This document shows, piece by piece, positions 10,086 to 24,006 of a stretch of DNA of 64,000 nucleotides. The notes beneath the pieces are model-generated. The model saw nothing but the letters and a program-made list of their open reading frames with translations, searched no databases and was not told the DNA's origin. A program made the position numbers and the translations under genes. Each line of letters begins with the position of its first letter. Positions within the stretch are counted from its first letter, which is position 1. Origin of the DNA: Mayamaea pseudoterrestris (taxonomy: Eukaryota); assembly GCA_027923505.1 (NCBI GenBank), contig BROI01000014.1, positions 744,001 through 808,000 of the forward strand. Reading direction: 5' to 3'.

Positions 10086-10740
10086 GTGACTAATCTGCAA
10101 ACCATTGTACCGATAAACCAGTCGCAAGCCAACCTGCAAACCAATCATACCAATTATCTAACCTGCAAACCAATCATACCAATTACCCAGCCTGCAAACC
10201 AACTGTACCGATGAACCAGCCACAAGCTAGCCTGCAAATTTTGTACTGATAAACCAGTTGCAAGCCAACCTGCAAACCATATGTACCAATTACCAACCTG
10301 CAACCAACTGTACCAATTACCCAGCCTGCAAACCAACTGTACCAATTAACCAGTCGCAAGCCAACCTGCAAACCAAATGTACCAATTACACAGCCTGCAA
10401 AACAACTGTACCAATTAACAAGCCACAAGCTAGCCTGCAAACCATTGTACCGATAAACCAGTTGCAAGCCAACCTGCAAACCAATCATACCAATTACCCA
10501 ACCTGCAAACCAATCGCACCAATTACCCAACCTGCAAACCTATCGCACCAATTACCCAACCTGCAACCCAATCATACCAATTACCCAACCTGCAAACCAA
10601 TTGTACCATTTACCCAGTCGTAAACCAATCATACTGAATAACCAGTGCAAGCCAACCTGCAAACCAATCGCACCAATTACCCAGCCTGCAAACCAACTGT
10701 ACCAATTAACCAGCCGCATGCTAGCCCTGCAAATCATTGT
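10086..10740 (+). repeat. Degenerate CCAA-rich minisatellite with ~30-bp and ~39-bp units
   Basis: Recurrent ccaattacccaacctgcaaaccaa and ccagtcgcaagccaacctgcaaacc units. Confidence 0.9.
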
Positions 10741-11060
10741 ATCTGTCTGCCATCTGATAATCCCAGCACCAAGCATAGTGTGTCACCTAGTGCAGGACTG
10801 TCTCCTCCTCAGTGCAGCACCAAGCTTGCCCCCTATGTGGCTCCCAGGTTGTCTCCTAGCACTCATCCCAGCAACTTGCCATCAAGTGTGCCATCAAATG
10901 ACCCAGACACCATGGACATGCGTCAGCAAGCTTATCCCGTCTGTGGCTCCCAGTTTGTAAACTCATCCCAGCAACTTGCCATCAAGTGTGCCATCAAGTG
11001 ACTCAGGCGCCAAGCCCAGCATCAAGTTATCACCCTCTGTGGCTCCCAGCTTGTCTTCAA
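10741..11060 (+). pseudogene. Decayed Pro/Ser-repeat (PSxxPS) coding remnant
   Basis: Translates as PSDNPSTKHSVSPS...PSTHPSNLPSSVPS; 37-bp direct repeat at 10861-10897 and 10961-10997; stops present and CpG-poor. Confidence 0.4.
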
Positions 11061-11495
11061 GCACATATTCTATGTGATCCAATCCAAAAGCCCTCATCAA
11101 TGGGGTTCCCATCTGCTCCATGCTATTGCCACGGACGCAATTTCCCTCCGTTGAGCTGAGAGTCACATAGTGCTACGGTAACATCAGGTGCGATGTTAGT
11201 TCCATTGGATCTGCCACGCAGTCAGGTCAGACCCGGTCCCTCGGTGCAATCTTTCAATCTGCTCGTTCGACTTGCAGCCTTTGTCGCACGTCGTACCGAT
11301 ACCCCTTAGTACCGGAGCGAATTGAGCAACAACAAGCAACAAAAGAATGAGCGTCACACGACCTACGACGAGCGACAAAAAGATGATGGCTTTCACATTC
11401 AAACTATGAGCATACACAAAGAATCATTCGTTGATACATTAGACGACTCATTAATCCAGTAGCTTTTGTCGTCGCGACAATTCAACATTTAGAAA

Positions 11496-12950
11496 ATGCG
11501 AGCACTAAAGCTTTGGGAGATCACAGACAAAAGAATGAATCGGATGATTGTCGGCACGACAACATTTTGCCTGTTGTGCATGCTCATAGTGGCGGATGTT
11601 GCGAAAGGGAGTCAGGATCGAAAGGTTTTGCCACTCACGCCTCAACCTGTTCATGTGGAGAATTTTCAAAGATCAATGATCGATGCGTCTGCGTCCAGCG
11701 TCACGCAGTCTTCCTATGGAGCGTATGACGACTTTAGTTGGGCAATCATGAACGATGACTCCGTCAGCACCCCAACCTACCAAACGTTTATGAAGAGTTG
11801 CGCTCGCGTGGCAAGCCAGCAATACTGCGCCTCTCAGGAGAGATGGCGCATGCAAATGAACATGTACCAGACGCAATCAGTCTACAACTATACAGAGACA
11901 GGTTTTACGAAGACGAGGGCTCCCAACGATTTATTTCAGCTTGTCCGTTCCTTCTTTGATAGAAACAAACACGAGTCGTCCGTCGAGTGGTCCGAGCTTA
12001 CTACGTTTCATAACAATTGGGAGGTTCCGACTCGCATGGTGCGCGTCGACAATGAGACACTCATTGGCGGCGGTCAAGCCTTGTATGCGACCATTGCCGA
12101 CGCTATCCGACCGCTGGTCGAAGAATGGATTGGAATGCGAGTTGCCGTCACGTCCGTGTATGGCGTCCGGATATATGGCAACCAGTCGATCCTTGCTCCA
12201 CATGTCGATAGGTTACCGCTCGTCAGCTCTGTCATTATGAACATTGATCAAGACGTTGATGAGGACTGGCCATTGGAAGTTTTCGACCACGATGGGATCG
12301 CTCACAACATTACTATGCAGCCAGGCGACATTGTCTATTATGAATCAGCTACTGTTATTCATGGTCGTCCGTTTCCGCTGAATGGCAAAGTAAGTGCTGG
12401 CGGTAGTGGAAATGCTTGCTTGTGCACACTCGTATCGCCACCCCTCACGCTGTCGCCTTAGTTTTACGCAAACATTTTTATGCATTTTGAGCCTATTGCG
12501 CCTTTGAACGCTACAGAGCCAGCGGGCAGCTCTGGGCTACCGCCGTATCTGGTACCTGGCTCGTCGTGGGAACCAGAATGGAGAGAAATGTACCCAAAAG
12601 GTTGGGAGCTATTAAACGATCCATGGACTTTGGCAGATCGCGGCGACTTATATACGTTACAGTATATCGCGTCTTTTGATCCGATGCAGCTTCATAGAGG
12701 GGATCGAGAAGGCTGGACTCCGCTTTTTAGTGCCATTCGCAAGGGTCATCTTAATGTCGTAAAGTTTCTCTTGCAGCAAGGAGTCGACGTTAATGCGCTG
12801 ACTGGCATTGAGTCTCATCGTACACCGCTGGATGCGGCTGTAAAACACCATGGGACGGAGGCCCCAGTGAGCAAGTACTTGCGGATGAAAGGGGCAGTGC
12901 TAGCTCCGATTGTTGAAAACTGTATATCATTGGAGCATTCCGAGCTATAG
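11496..12950 (+). CDS. Secreted 2OG-Fe(II) oxygenase (prolyl-hydroxylase-like) with C-terminal ankyrin repeats; 2 exons
   Basis: Hydrophobic N-terminus; YGVRIY, HVD...HGRP metal ligands; intron 12390-12461 (GTAAGT..TAG, phase 0); ankyrin GWTPLFSAIRKGHLNVVKFLL. Confidence 0.8.
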
Positions 12951-13014
12951 TGCATACTGCCACGCTACTTTGCCAAAACGTATCGCATCTAAGTTTAATA
13001 CTAAACTTATTACA

Positions 13015-14549
13015 TTATTGGAAGGCATCTTCGTCCTCGTAAAACGACGTCTTGGCATCCGGTACCGACGGAGGTTTTATCATGAGCTCTTCAGGAGGTA
13101 TTTTGCTCAGGTCAGTTGGTCCACCTTTGTTCGAAAATAAGTTTTGCAGAGTTCTTTTCGTATTTAGTCGTTTCGTCTCGGTTTCGATCAGCCAGCGAAG
13201 TAGCTCGAGTCTGGATGTATGGGTTGACTTTTCCAAAATCATCTGCATGCTTAACATGGATTCAAGCGTCAGTGGTTGCAGCTCAATGGCCATGCGCTTC
13301 TGTAGCTCTTGCACTTCTTTTTGGAGCTCTGCTGATAGATCTTGAAAACCAATAACACTGGGTACCAATAAGGGTGAGTGAAAGATGACCAGACATTGCA
13401 CTAACAGGCACCAAAATAATAAACACACCTAGGCATTTCTTCGTCCTTGAGGCCTTTCTGCTTCTTCAAAAACAATTGCAACTTCTCCTGAAAGTCTCTT
13501 TGTAGCTCATTTTGCCTGGCCATGAGGCGCTGCTCGGCAAAGCTATGCCACAGGCGAATAGTCTGCCACAGGCTGGAGGCACCTGCACCAGGCTTGGTGG
13601 CAAGAGAAGCCACCGACTCACGGGTGAAGCGCACGTCCTCTTCCAACGCATGCTGCAAATCAACCAGCTCCGCAAACGAGTCTCGCAGAGCCTTTTCTTC
13701 CTTCACGTTATCTTCGCTTATTGAATCACTTGTGACAGTTTTTCCGCTGTCGTCGTAAACGGTTGCCTCCACTCGAAGATACGTGTCGCGCGATGCCCAG
13801 ACGTCGGGGTTGACAATCCGATGTATCTTTACACGGCCAGTCACCTTATGGGAACAAATGTACTTGATCTTATCTCCAGTCTGTTCCGACACTTCTTTCA
13901 GCTAACGGTAGCAATGCACGATTAACAAGCATGTCAGGCGAGTCAACAAAATACGTGACTTGTTTAACAACATTGGTTCAACTTACATCTTCAAGCTCAA
14001 AAAGAACCCCCATTTCAGCAAATCGTCCCTCTTCTGTTGGATGAGACATGCTAACCGCAAACTTTTTGCTGCCATTCATCAAAATATCCGAGTACATTGC
14101 TCGATACCTCGGCTCAAAAATGTTCAAAATCTGTTCTGAATTCGGTATGTACACTATCCCTCCAAGAGGAAACTAAAATCAAACATGAGATATAACAATT
14201 ACGTCGACGCAGCATGGTATTTGCATCGAAAACTCACCAGAGGTATAATTTCGACATCCTCTTTGGTCACAGAATCAGAACCACTGGCCCGAGATTTCAC
14301 GACCGACGGCAGCCATGACACCGACTCGATGCCCTTGGAAAGCGGTCCCTCAGAATCAATCATGTCGTAATCGTCTTCGTCATCTTCAAGATCCTCTTCC
14401 GCCAATCTTCTCGTCGTAGTTGATGGTTTTGGAGCCCAACTACTTGCGATGTGTGACACAGCGAATGGCCTTCTTGACTTTGAGGGCGCGACAAAGCCAT
14501 TCGTCACGGCCAAGGATGCAGCAACAATCAGTTCAGTAGTGAACTTCAT
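13015..14549 (-). CDS. Plastid-targeted Lon N-terminal (substrate-binding) domain protein; multi-exon
   Basis: Signal peptide ending TNG-FVAP; internal exon FPLGGIVYTPNSEQILNIFEPRYRAMY typical of Lon-N domains; ORF pieces separated by short introns. Confidence 0.75.
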
Positions 14550-14931
14550 TCTGCTACGTTAAACACCGGAGCTAAAACTCAGCTTCAATGGCTAAACTCT
14601 TTTTTCGTGGACTGTTCGTCTTGGTCGTCGTTTTGATGGAGCTGAGTCGGTCGCCGGGAAGTGACGCTGTAAGTCGCACCGTTTAAGATGCTATGCTACT
14701 CGCACAGTGGACTTTCGTCAGTTGCTCACTGTCAATGCGGCCATTGAACGCATCAATCAAAGTAAGCTATCGAGACTACATTGGAAAAGTTAAACCTTAG
14801 CACAATGACATTATAATTATTCGGGCAAAACGGGCAACGATAGGTCGCCCATTCGCAAATGCTCGTGTCGCACATCGTTCTTGCCACGTTCTCGCCTACG
14901 AAGCAACGGATGCCAGCATTATGCAGCCAGT

Positions 14932-16130
14932 CTACAGCTGTCCCTTCAAAGACAGTCGCGATACAAGCCCAAGCAGCTGCAACTGCGAATTAACGCCGTC
15001 AGCGATGCGCATATGCGTGAATCCGACCTCTTTCAAGTACTCCAACTTGAGCGCCTCTGGCAAATCATAGGCTTTGACCACCTTGAACACAGTTCCAATA
15101 ATATCAGAAGCCGAATAGCCGCTTTCCCAAAGAGCCTTCATGTGCTGGACTGCGTCCTTTGTATTGTGCTTTTCGCATGCGTCAATGATGCTCGCAACAG
15201 TTTTTGGATGAGGCTGATCGCAAACTTTGAATACTGCAGTTTGGTTCACTATTCCCCCAAGCGACGAGCACGCTTGTAAGCTGTTCAGCGCATGACGCAT
15301 GTCGCCTTCCGCTGTAAACAGAATGGCTTCCAAACCGTCGTTCGTGTAGCTAATCTTTTCGGCTTGACATACCTTGAGTAAGCAATTCAAAATTTGCTCA
15401 TTCTCCAAGCGACTGTAACGAAGAATTGCAGCTCGACTTTGAATTGGTTCAATAATTTTAGTGGACGTGTTGCAAGCCAAGCAGAAGCGAGTTGTATTAC
15501 TGTAGAGTTCCATTGTTCGACGGAGAGCTTGCTGCGCCGCCGATGTCATGGAATCGGCCTCGTCAAGAATGATAATCTTATGTCTGTGTGATAAAGTAGA
15601 GAATGAGAAGACGAACACGAGAAGTTCACAGTGCAAGTTACTGTTTGCTGTACTCACCGACCAGGTGGAAGAGTCACCTTGTTCATGGCAAAGCTCTTGA
15701 TCCGGTTACGAACAACGTCAATACCACGAGCATCCGAAGCGTTAAGCTCAAGGACTCCTTGCTTGTAGGCAGAGCCAAGCAAGTGACGAGCCAGAGCATG
15801 TACGCTTGTTGTTTCTAAAAAAGAAAATAGATTGAGCTTGAAGCAAAATAATTTTCCGACGTGCACCTCCTTAATTTAGCCACTCTTACTATCTACAAAA
15901 CGCTATCATTTCCACTCACTCCCAGTACCAGGTGGTCCAGCCAGAATCAGATTGGGCATGTTTCCATCTTTGCCAATCGCTCGCAGTCGCAGAATCGTTT
16001 CTTCATTGCCTTCCACATCCTCCAAAACTCTTGGCCGATATTTCTCGACGAATGGCTGTTGATAGGAGCCGACTCGCTTGACAACTGTCTCAGCGGCAGT
16101 GTCATCCTTGTCCCCGGCATCTTCGGTCAT
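14932..16130 (-). CDS. RFC2: Replication factor C small subunit; 3 exons
   Basis: PFVEKYRP, Walker A GPPGTG|KTTS split by an intron, [34 protein letters not shown]. Confidence 0.92.
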
Positions 16131-16347
16131 GGTGCTTTGCCGAAGCTTGATTGTTAATGAAACGGATAGCGGCCCACCAAAAGTGCAAGGCCAATGGCTC
16201 ATCCACTCGTCGTCATTGTCGCGGGCGCCGCGCTGCGGAACGTCGGAGCGGGACTCAATCAAGATCTGATCGCGCCACGAGCGCGGCCATGAGCATTGCC
16301 GGAGCTGCCACGGGCGATCCATCAACATCCTCGAGCTCCTTCTCTTC

Positions 16348-18114
16348 ATGAAGAAAGAACATCCAGAACCGAAGCTACGAAAGCTTCAAAGTGTCCTGTT
16401 ATGGCCGCAGTCTTGCAGCTCGGGCGACGCAGGTTTCGTGCTCGGCTGGACGCAACAGATAGGTTGCTGCGAACAAGTACTCGTCGCTGGTATTATCAAA
16501 GCAGAAGCAGATGTATCTTACCGAGAACAAATTGAAACACTTGAAGCGCGAGTACAACAGCTATTGCCGTGTCACTGCTGCTCCTGCGATCGAAACGATG
16601 CAGTAGCCGACGTTTGCGCAGGATGCATTCGACGACAGCTACAAGGACTCAAAGTTATCGCCTTGTACGAGTCTTCAGTGTCCAAGTCAGCCGAAAGGAG
16701 CGATTCAAGTCTGCCAATAATTAAAAATAGTAAGGAATTTCCATTTTGGAAGTCGAATGTTGATTACGCAGCGCAGCAAGTCATTATGTACCAAGATGTT
16801 GGACGCGACGGAGGATTTCCAATGTTTCAGCTGACAAAGTTTGGCCGAGATTCGTCATTATATCTACGGTTTTTACGGATGGAATATGCTTTTACAATCA
16901 TGAGTGAACTGCGACAATGCACTGACAAGAAGGAGCGCAAGGGCGATTCTTTATACGAGCCACTGACTTTGCACACGATCCTGGCTGTCCCTAAATTGCT
17001 GCAAAATCATTCTCTCTTGTGTCGACACTTGGCGGACCCCGGGTCATGCATTCCTATACTAGCGCTGCCGGGAGCGTTTCGTACGTACTCAATGCCCAGC
17101 GAACGGGTTTCAGGACAATGTCTGAAGTGTGGCGCAGCAACTGTCATTGGCGTCACTCACAACGAGATTGCTCGAAGAAGAATCAAACAAGTAAATCATA
17201 TTCTTCGTTTGACTGTTGATCTTGCATTTGGATACCTTCTCGGTCAACTGATTTTGTATTACGCGACGGACAAAGGAAGCATTCAACTGGCAGTTCACTC
17301 ATATTTTGACGTTCTCCGTCGAGCAATGCAGTGGCTTAATAGCTTTCCTGTTGGCTTTAAACTGAACGAGCAACTGACCGCAATGCTCAGCCAGCAAGTA
17401 TGCTCGTGGCTTGATATATATGAAGGTATCATTGGTGGTATAATAAGGCAGATATCGTTGATTGCGGACCCAAGAATGGTCCAAGCAGCTGGAGTTTGCC
17501 TGGGCGGATCGACAACCTTGGCCCTGCTGTTCGATGCACTGCATGCTGGCATGTCTCATGTGCTCATACTAACAAGTATCTTTGGCAGGATCTTTCAAGC
17601 GGAACTCAACCTTCTGTATGCGCTTTGGTGTTTGTTCCGAGGCAAAAAGCGGAACCTTCTTCGACGTCGCACAGATACAATGGAGTACGACTCGACGCAG
17701 CTCTTGTTTGGGACTGTCATGTTCGTGGCTGCTCTTTTTCTCTTTACTACCGCACTGGTCTATCACGTTTTCTTTGCGACAATCTACTTGGTCATTCTTC
17801 TGTGCCTGTCGACGATACAACTGGTGTATGCACTGGTAAAGTGCTTTCCTTACGGCAAATTAACGCAACGAGCATTGACTGATTGGTTTATCATCGAGGT
17901 GTACCTTGAGCATGACGAGACCCTTTCGAATGAAGCAATTGACGTCACCAGCTTGAGACCACGTACCAAGAAATATTCATCTGTTATCCGGGATGGACTG
18001 TCGACGCCTATGCGGTCGATTGCTCGGCACATGTTCGCGACAGCCTCGTGTCTACTTACTGGGCCACCGAGAGGACCGATGATTATCAATCTTTTCGATA
18101 CTAACGAATCCTAA
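16348..18114 (+). CDS. PIGQ: GPI-GlcNAc transferase subunit Q / Gpi1
   Basis: WLNSFPVGFKLNEQL, LWCLFRGKKRNLLRRRTDTMEYDSTQLLFGT and multiple hydrophobic segments. Confidence 0.88.
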   Translation: MKKEHPEPKLRKLQSVLLWPQSCSSGDAGFVLGWTQQIGCCEQVLVAGIIKAEADVSYREQIETLEARVQQLLPCHCCSCDRNDAVADVCAGCIRRQLQGLKVIALYESSVSKSAERSDSSLPIIKNSKEFPFWKSNVDYAAQQVIMYQDVGRDGGFPMFQLTKFGRDSSLYLRFLRMEYAFTIMSELRQCTDKKERKGDSLYEPLTLHTILAVPKLLQNHSLLCRHLADPGSCIPILALPGAFRTYSMPSERVSGQCLKCGAATVIGVTHNEIARRRIKQVNHILRLTVDLAFGYLLGQLILYYATDKGSIQLAVHSYFDVLRRAMQWLNSFPVGFKLNEQLTAMLSQQVCSWLDIYEGIIGGIIRQISLIADPRMVQAAGVCLGGSTTLALLFDALHAGMSHVLILTSIFGRIFQAELNLLYALWCLFRGKKRNLLRRRTDTMEYDSTQLLFGTVMFVAALFLFTTALVYHVFFATIYLVILLCLSTIQLVYALVKCFPYGKLTQRALTDWFIIEVYLEHDETLSNEAIDVTSLRPRTKKYSSVIRDGLSTPMRSIARHMFATASCLLTGPPRGPMIINLFDTNES

Positions 18115-18702
18115 TATATGCATGACGAAGAGTGAGATTGAATCCGATTATAACATTACAGGCGCAATGGCTGTTTCATGTCTGCTTTAAATAGTTTTAC
18201 GGCCTATCACTGCACCGTCGCGGCCAGGGAAACGGATTAAAATTTGCTTGCTTGAATGAATAATATAATATCTCAACATAAATGAAGCTAAAGAGCACAA
18301 TTAACTTCTGCATTGTGATGCTTCTAGCTAAGTCCACCATGTTTTCGTGTGTACATTTGCATATGAGCATACTAGTAGTGATTGACAGCATCGCAATTCA
18401 TCGCGACAAGCCCCTCCTTCGTCTCCACGTCAGTGGAAGGATATACTATATGATAGTGAGGAGGTAGGCGAACTTTAACGGCAGCGGCTCATGTTGGCAA
18501 GGCTACATAGACAAATCGGCGGCTAACATGAGCAGCTCGTCAGCAGCCCCGGGACAGTTGTTGCGCTTCGACGGAAAGGAACTCGAATCATTGGCTTGTT
18601 CGTGGATGACGGACGATAGCATCACGCACCGGACGATAGTATGTCATGTAAAAAGAAATCGTCGACCATATTGCCCTTGCCGCGGCGATTGACGACGTAG
18701 CC

Positions 18703-18814
18703 CGACGCGTGATGCGTCACTGTTTGGATCACAACTGAGTGGCTCGATTCTCTCAACGACGCGTGATGCGTCACCATTTGGAACACTACTGAGTGGCTTA
18801 ATTCTCTCAACGAC
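18703..18814 (+). repeat. Two-copy 54-bp tandem repeat
   Basis: cgacgcgtgatgcgtcac...ctgagtggct..attctctcaa at 18703 and 18757. Confidence 0.85.
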
Positions 18815-19180
18815 TGGCCAATGATATCACTCAGCTGTCTCTCTGTTCCTTTCTTTGGTATCCCACGCCAGATGCGGCAAATCACGAGCCTGTCTCCGAC
18901 CTCGTGGAAGGAGATGAAGATCCAACCAGCCATCCAACCGATGTCTTAGCTAACAACGCTTACTGAATAGTAAATAAAAGTTGCACCATGAGCAGAGATT
19001 AATAGTTAACGTCTATCTTGCCATGTGTGCCCTGCGTATGTTAGTTGGAACAAGACAGCACGTGTTGCTGAATTTCCAAAGGAGTCGACGGCAGAGTGAT
19101 CTTGAATGTCTATACTTGGTGGACGAGGAGTGCTTGGTCGATTATGTAGTGAGCGAAAGAGTGTCGTGTGTGATGTATGA

Positions 19181-20311
19181 TTAGGGAAAACTGGAGCGCT
19201 GCTGCTGCGCTCGGCGGTAGGTATCGTCATTCTCTGGACACCGGCGCTTGCGCGGCGACCTTGGGCTTGCGTCATGCTCGCGAGTGTCAACCACGCAGAC
19301 TGGAGAGTCCCTGTCGTCAAAGGATCCACTGCGTCTTTCGTATCTGCTGGACTCGTCACTCTCGTCACCCATATCGTCGCAAAGAATGTCTTCGCAGACA
19401 AACATGCTTGGACAGAGAGACTTGAGCATGCCGACTGCCCTGGCGACCTCTGGATCGGAGGGAAGTAGGCAAGTGGTGGAGGCAATGGTTTGAATAAATC
19501 CAATTCTTGCTTCCGCTGGAACCGCAATCGGCAGCTTGATTGTTTCGAATGCGCAAAGAATCGCCGCAAAGGAAATCACCGAAGTCTTGCAGGAAAAGGA
19601 GACGGCCGAGGTGCAAATGGCAAGCTCCGTGAGGTAGCGAGCGATATCGTAGATACCACCCAGCACGTGCGAGGATGAGCCTTGATGCTCCGTCGACTCC
19701 CACTTGGGGCATACGCGGAGCATTGTAGACATGAATCGAAGCGAGGTCGGTGGGTTGACCCGCCACTGGAGTGCTTCGAGGATCTGGCGCTCGGATTCCT
19801 CAATCACATCAATGGCAAAAAAGCCACGTGAGAGCTCCACAAACGCACCGATGCGGAGCTTGCGGCGAGGACCTTCCTTCTCATCCGTCTCGCCATGCAA
19901 CTTGATTGCAGTGTAGAGGGAAGTAACAGCCATGAGCTGAAAGTCTCGCTTCGGGAGAGCAATCTTGGTGGCCTCTGTTTTAATGGCAACCGCACGGTCC
20001 AAGAAATCCAATGCGTACGAAACAACCTCTCGATCAAAACTGAAATGATCAACGACTTCAAAGCACCACTCACACAGTTTTCTCCTCCATGCTTCACTAA
20101 CACAATCAGAAGCTTTTACTCCAGTGTCTCCCAAGGTCGATAAGTAATCCTTGCAGAGTGGATAGTTCGCGGCCTCCATGCGAAGTAGAACCTGAAGGTG
20201 CGCCAAAGCGGAATCGACTCCAAAGTCCAGACGCTCGTCCATTTTGGCGACGACTCGCTCAGGCTCCATACCAGATGGAGTCAGAGTATCATCCCCATGG
20301 TTGCTCATCAT
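19181..20311 (-). CDS. Cyclin, diatom-specific (dsCYC-like)
   Basis: Cyclin box WRRKLCEWCFEVVDHF...ALDFLDR...FQLMAVTSLYTAIKL, ERQILEALQWRVNPPT, ARYLTEL. Confidence 0.88.
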   Translation of the reverse strand: MMSNHGDDTLTPSGMEPERVVAKMDERLDFGVDSALAHLQVLLRMEAANYPLCKDYLSTLGDTGVKASDCVSEAWRRKLCEWCFEVVDHFSFDREVVSYALDFLDRAVAIKTEATKIALPKRDFQLMAVTSLYTAIKLHGETDEKEGPRRKLRIGAFVELSRGFFAIDVIEESERQILEALQWRVNPPTSLRFMSTMLRVCPKWESTEHQGSSSHVLGGIYDIARYLTELAICTSAVSFSCKTSVISFAAILCAFETIKLPIAVPAEARIGFIQTIASTTCLLPSDPEVARAVGMLKSLCPSMFVCEDILCDDMGDESDESSRYERRSGSFDDRDSPVCVVDTREHDASPRSPRKRRCPENDDTYRRAQQQRSSFP

Positions 20312-21154
20312 AATCTACCGGTAGCACCTGAGGGAGTCGTCTCTTCACAATCGGTTTGAGAGATTGTGGGTGTGCCCTCGATCCAAGCAGCAGCAGGGAT
20401 ATCACGTGTGATTGCGTGCGTCGCCAAGCCTGTAGGATTTGTACCAGTTCCTAAACGACCCGGAGACTGAGTATTCACTATTTTTGATTTGCTACCGTTA
20501 AACACACTGAAATGTCAACCAAGACGAAGGAACGATCGAAAGCATGCATCTTCAATGAGGCATTACTACTGCTGGCGTGGAATGAGTGATGCTGCTTGAT
20601 GATGACTCATGAATCAAGTTCCGATCAAGAGATCCGCCTCGCACCATTGGCTCATCAATGGCTCATCTGCCAGCTTTTGGGGAGGAAGCGACAGCAGAAT
20701 AGATTGGCCAATGGATCCAGTTCCTTTCATTGTCGCGTGCGTATGATAGACTGCAGATGTTCGACGTATCCCAAATAATAAATATCGCGCCAGCAATTCC
20801 TCTTCAATTCAACAAAGGACCAGCTCTACCGGTAGCTGCAAACTTTTAAGCCAGTCAGTTGACGATGTGAAGCTGAGGGACGCAGCATAGTCCGGAGTGA
20901 CAGCGACGCGTGTGTTCCTCCAGTTCCTCACCGTATGGGAGTAGCCTTCGCTAGGTGAAAGGATCGGAAAGTAATATTTCCGCGGGCTAGTGGTTAGAAA
21001 TGTAGGTAGCTACCAACAGATCGTCCATGTTGTCATAGCCTATCCACTACTTGCTTCAAAGCCTATTGCTGCAGACAGACGGGCAGGTTGGCCAGTGCAA
21101 CTGAATCAGACTATCTATAATTAGTTATCATACATAAACCGCTGTCCGTCAGTC

Positions 21155-22724
<1,570 letters not shown>

Positions 22725-22737
22725 TTATTTACGAAGC

Positions 22738-23918
22738 ATGCAACGTATGCTATCTTGGAGACCTAACAAGTGCGCTCTATTGGCCTTTTCCTGCGTATCT
22801 GCATCTAGTTCTAGCTTTGGATTCCTATTAGCGACCCCGCTCGAGCCATCCGTTACATCCTGCAGTGCTTCTCGCCCTTATTCTTCCTCATTGACTCGTC
22901 GCAACTACAGCAGCAGCAGCAGCATGACGGCGACTATGAAAACAAACGACTACCAGGACTTTACAGTGGCCATGTTTCCATGTCTGAGTGACAATTACGG
23001 CTTGTTGCTGCATTCGAAGCGTACTGGTGAAACGGCAGCCATTGACACACCCGAGGCTGGACCATATCACAAGGCTCTCAAGGAGCATGGTTGGAAACTG
23101 TGAGTCAGGATGATAATCGAATAGAATTCAAGTACTTTTGCCTGCACACGAGTTGTTTGTCCTAGCTGACTTTTTCACTTGCATTATTCCAATTTCCAAT
23201 TCTTTAGGACGCACATTTTGAACACGCACCACCATCATGATCATACAGGCGGCAATTTGGAACTCAAGAAACATCACGGAGCCACGATTTACGGACCACT
23301 GGAGGAAAAGGACAAGATTCCAGGCATTGACGAAACACTCAGTGGCGGAGACCAATTTACCTTTGCCGAATCTCCATGTCAAGTGATCAACGTTGGCGGA
23401 CATACCATGGGTCACATTGCCTACTACTTTCCGAACGAAAAGATTGTGTTTGTAGGCGACAGTCTCTTTTCGTTGGGATGTGGACGCATGTTCGAAGGGA
23501 CGCCTCCGCAGTTTTGGGCGTCGCTCCAGCGATTGCGCGACCTGCCGGATGATACGACCGTCTATTGGTACGATTTAAAAGTATAGCAGCAAAAACGATT
23601 GCGATTTGTATACAGCTGTCGTCTCAATTTTGCAATTTCATTTATCACAGTGCGCACGAATACACGGAGAGCAACGGTAGGTTCGCAATGAGCGTGGATG
23701 CAAACAACGCCGACTTGCAAGCTCGCGTGCAAGAGGTGAAGGAGCTTCGCGCCAAGGGCGAGCCGACGGTTCCTACTCTGTTGGGACAAGAGAAAAAGAC
23801 GAACCCGTTCCTACGAGTAGATTTGAGTGATGATGTTCGTTCCAGCTGTGGAGTTACAGAAAGTGACTCGCATGCGGACGCCTTTGCGAAGGTTCGAAAA
23901 GCGAAGGATAAGTTCTAG
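22738..23918 (+). CDS. gloB: Hydroxyacylglutathione hydrolase (glyoxalase II) with organelle-type presequence; 3 exons
   Basis: PCLSDNY, THHHHDHTGG, GHTMGH, GDSLFSLGCGR, CAHEY, EKKTNPFLR; introns 23100-23207 and 23568-23650. Confidence 0.93.
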
Positions 23919-24006
23919 AGTAGCTGGGAATTTAGACTGTCTATCAACTTGAGTTTATTACAAAAGAAGCGTGACCACTGTTTTACTCCATATCTATTGT
24001 ACATGT

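Noticed and set aside
2588..10093. Dozens of 60-160 aa ORFs (MSQGMAMYLV...) across both satellite arrays
   Set aside because: Products of a 169-bp unit that is not a multiple of 3, so frames rotate; mostly non-ATG starts, recurrent stops and indels, no recognisable domain.
10086..10740. Telomeric repeat
   Set aside because: Units are 30-39 bp and degenerate rather than short TTAGGG-type repeats.
11196..11417. Short minus-strand ORF with a hydrophobic stretch
   Set aside because: 73 aa, non-ATG start, no motif; insufficient support.
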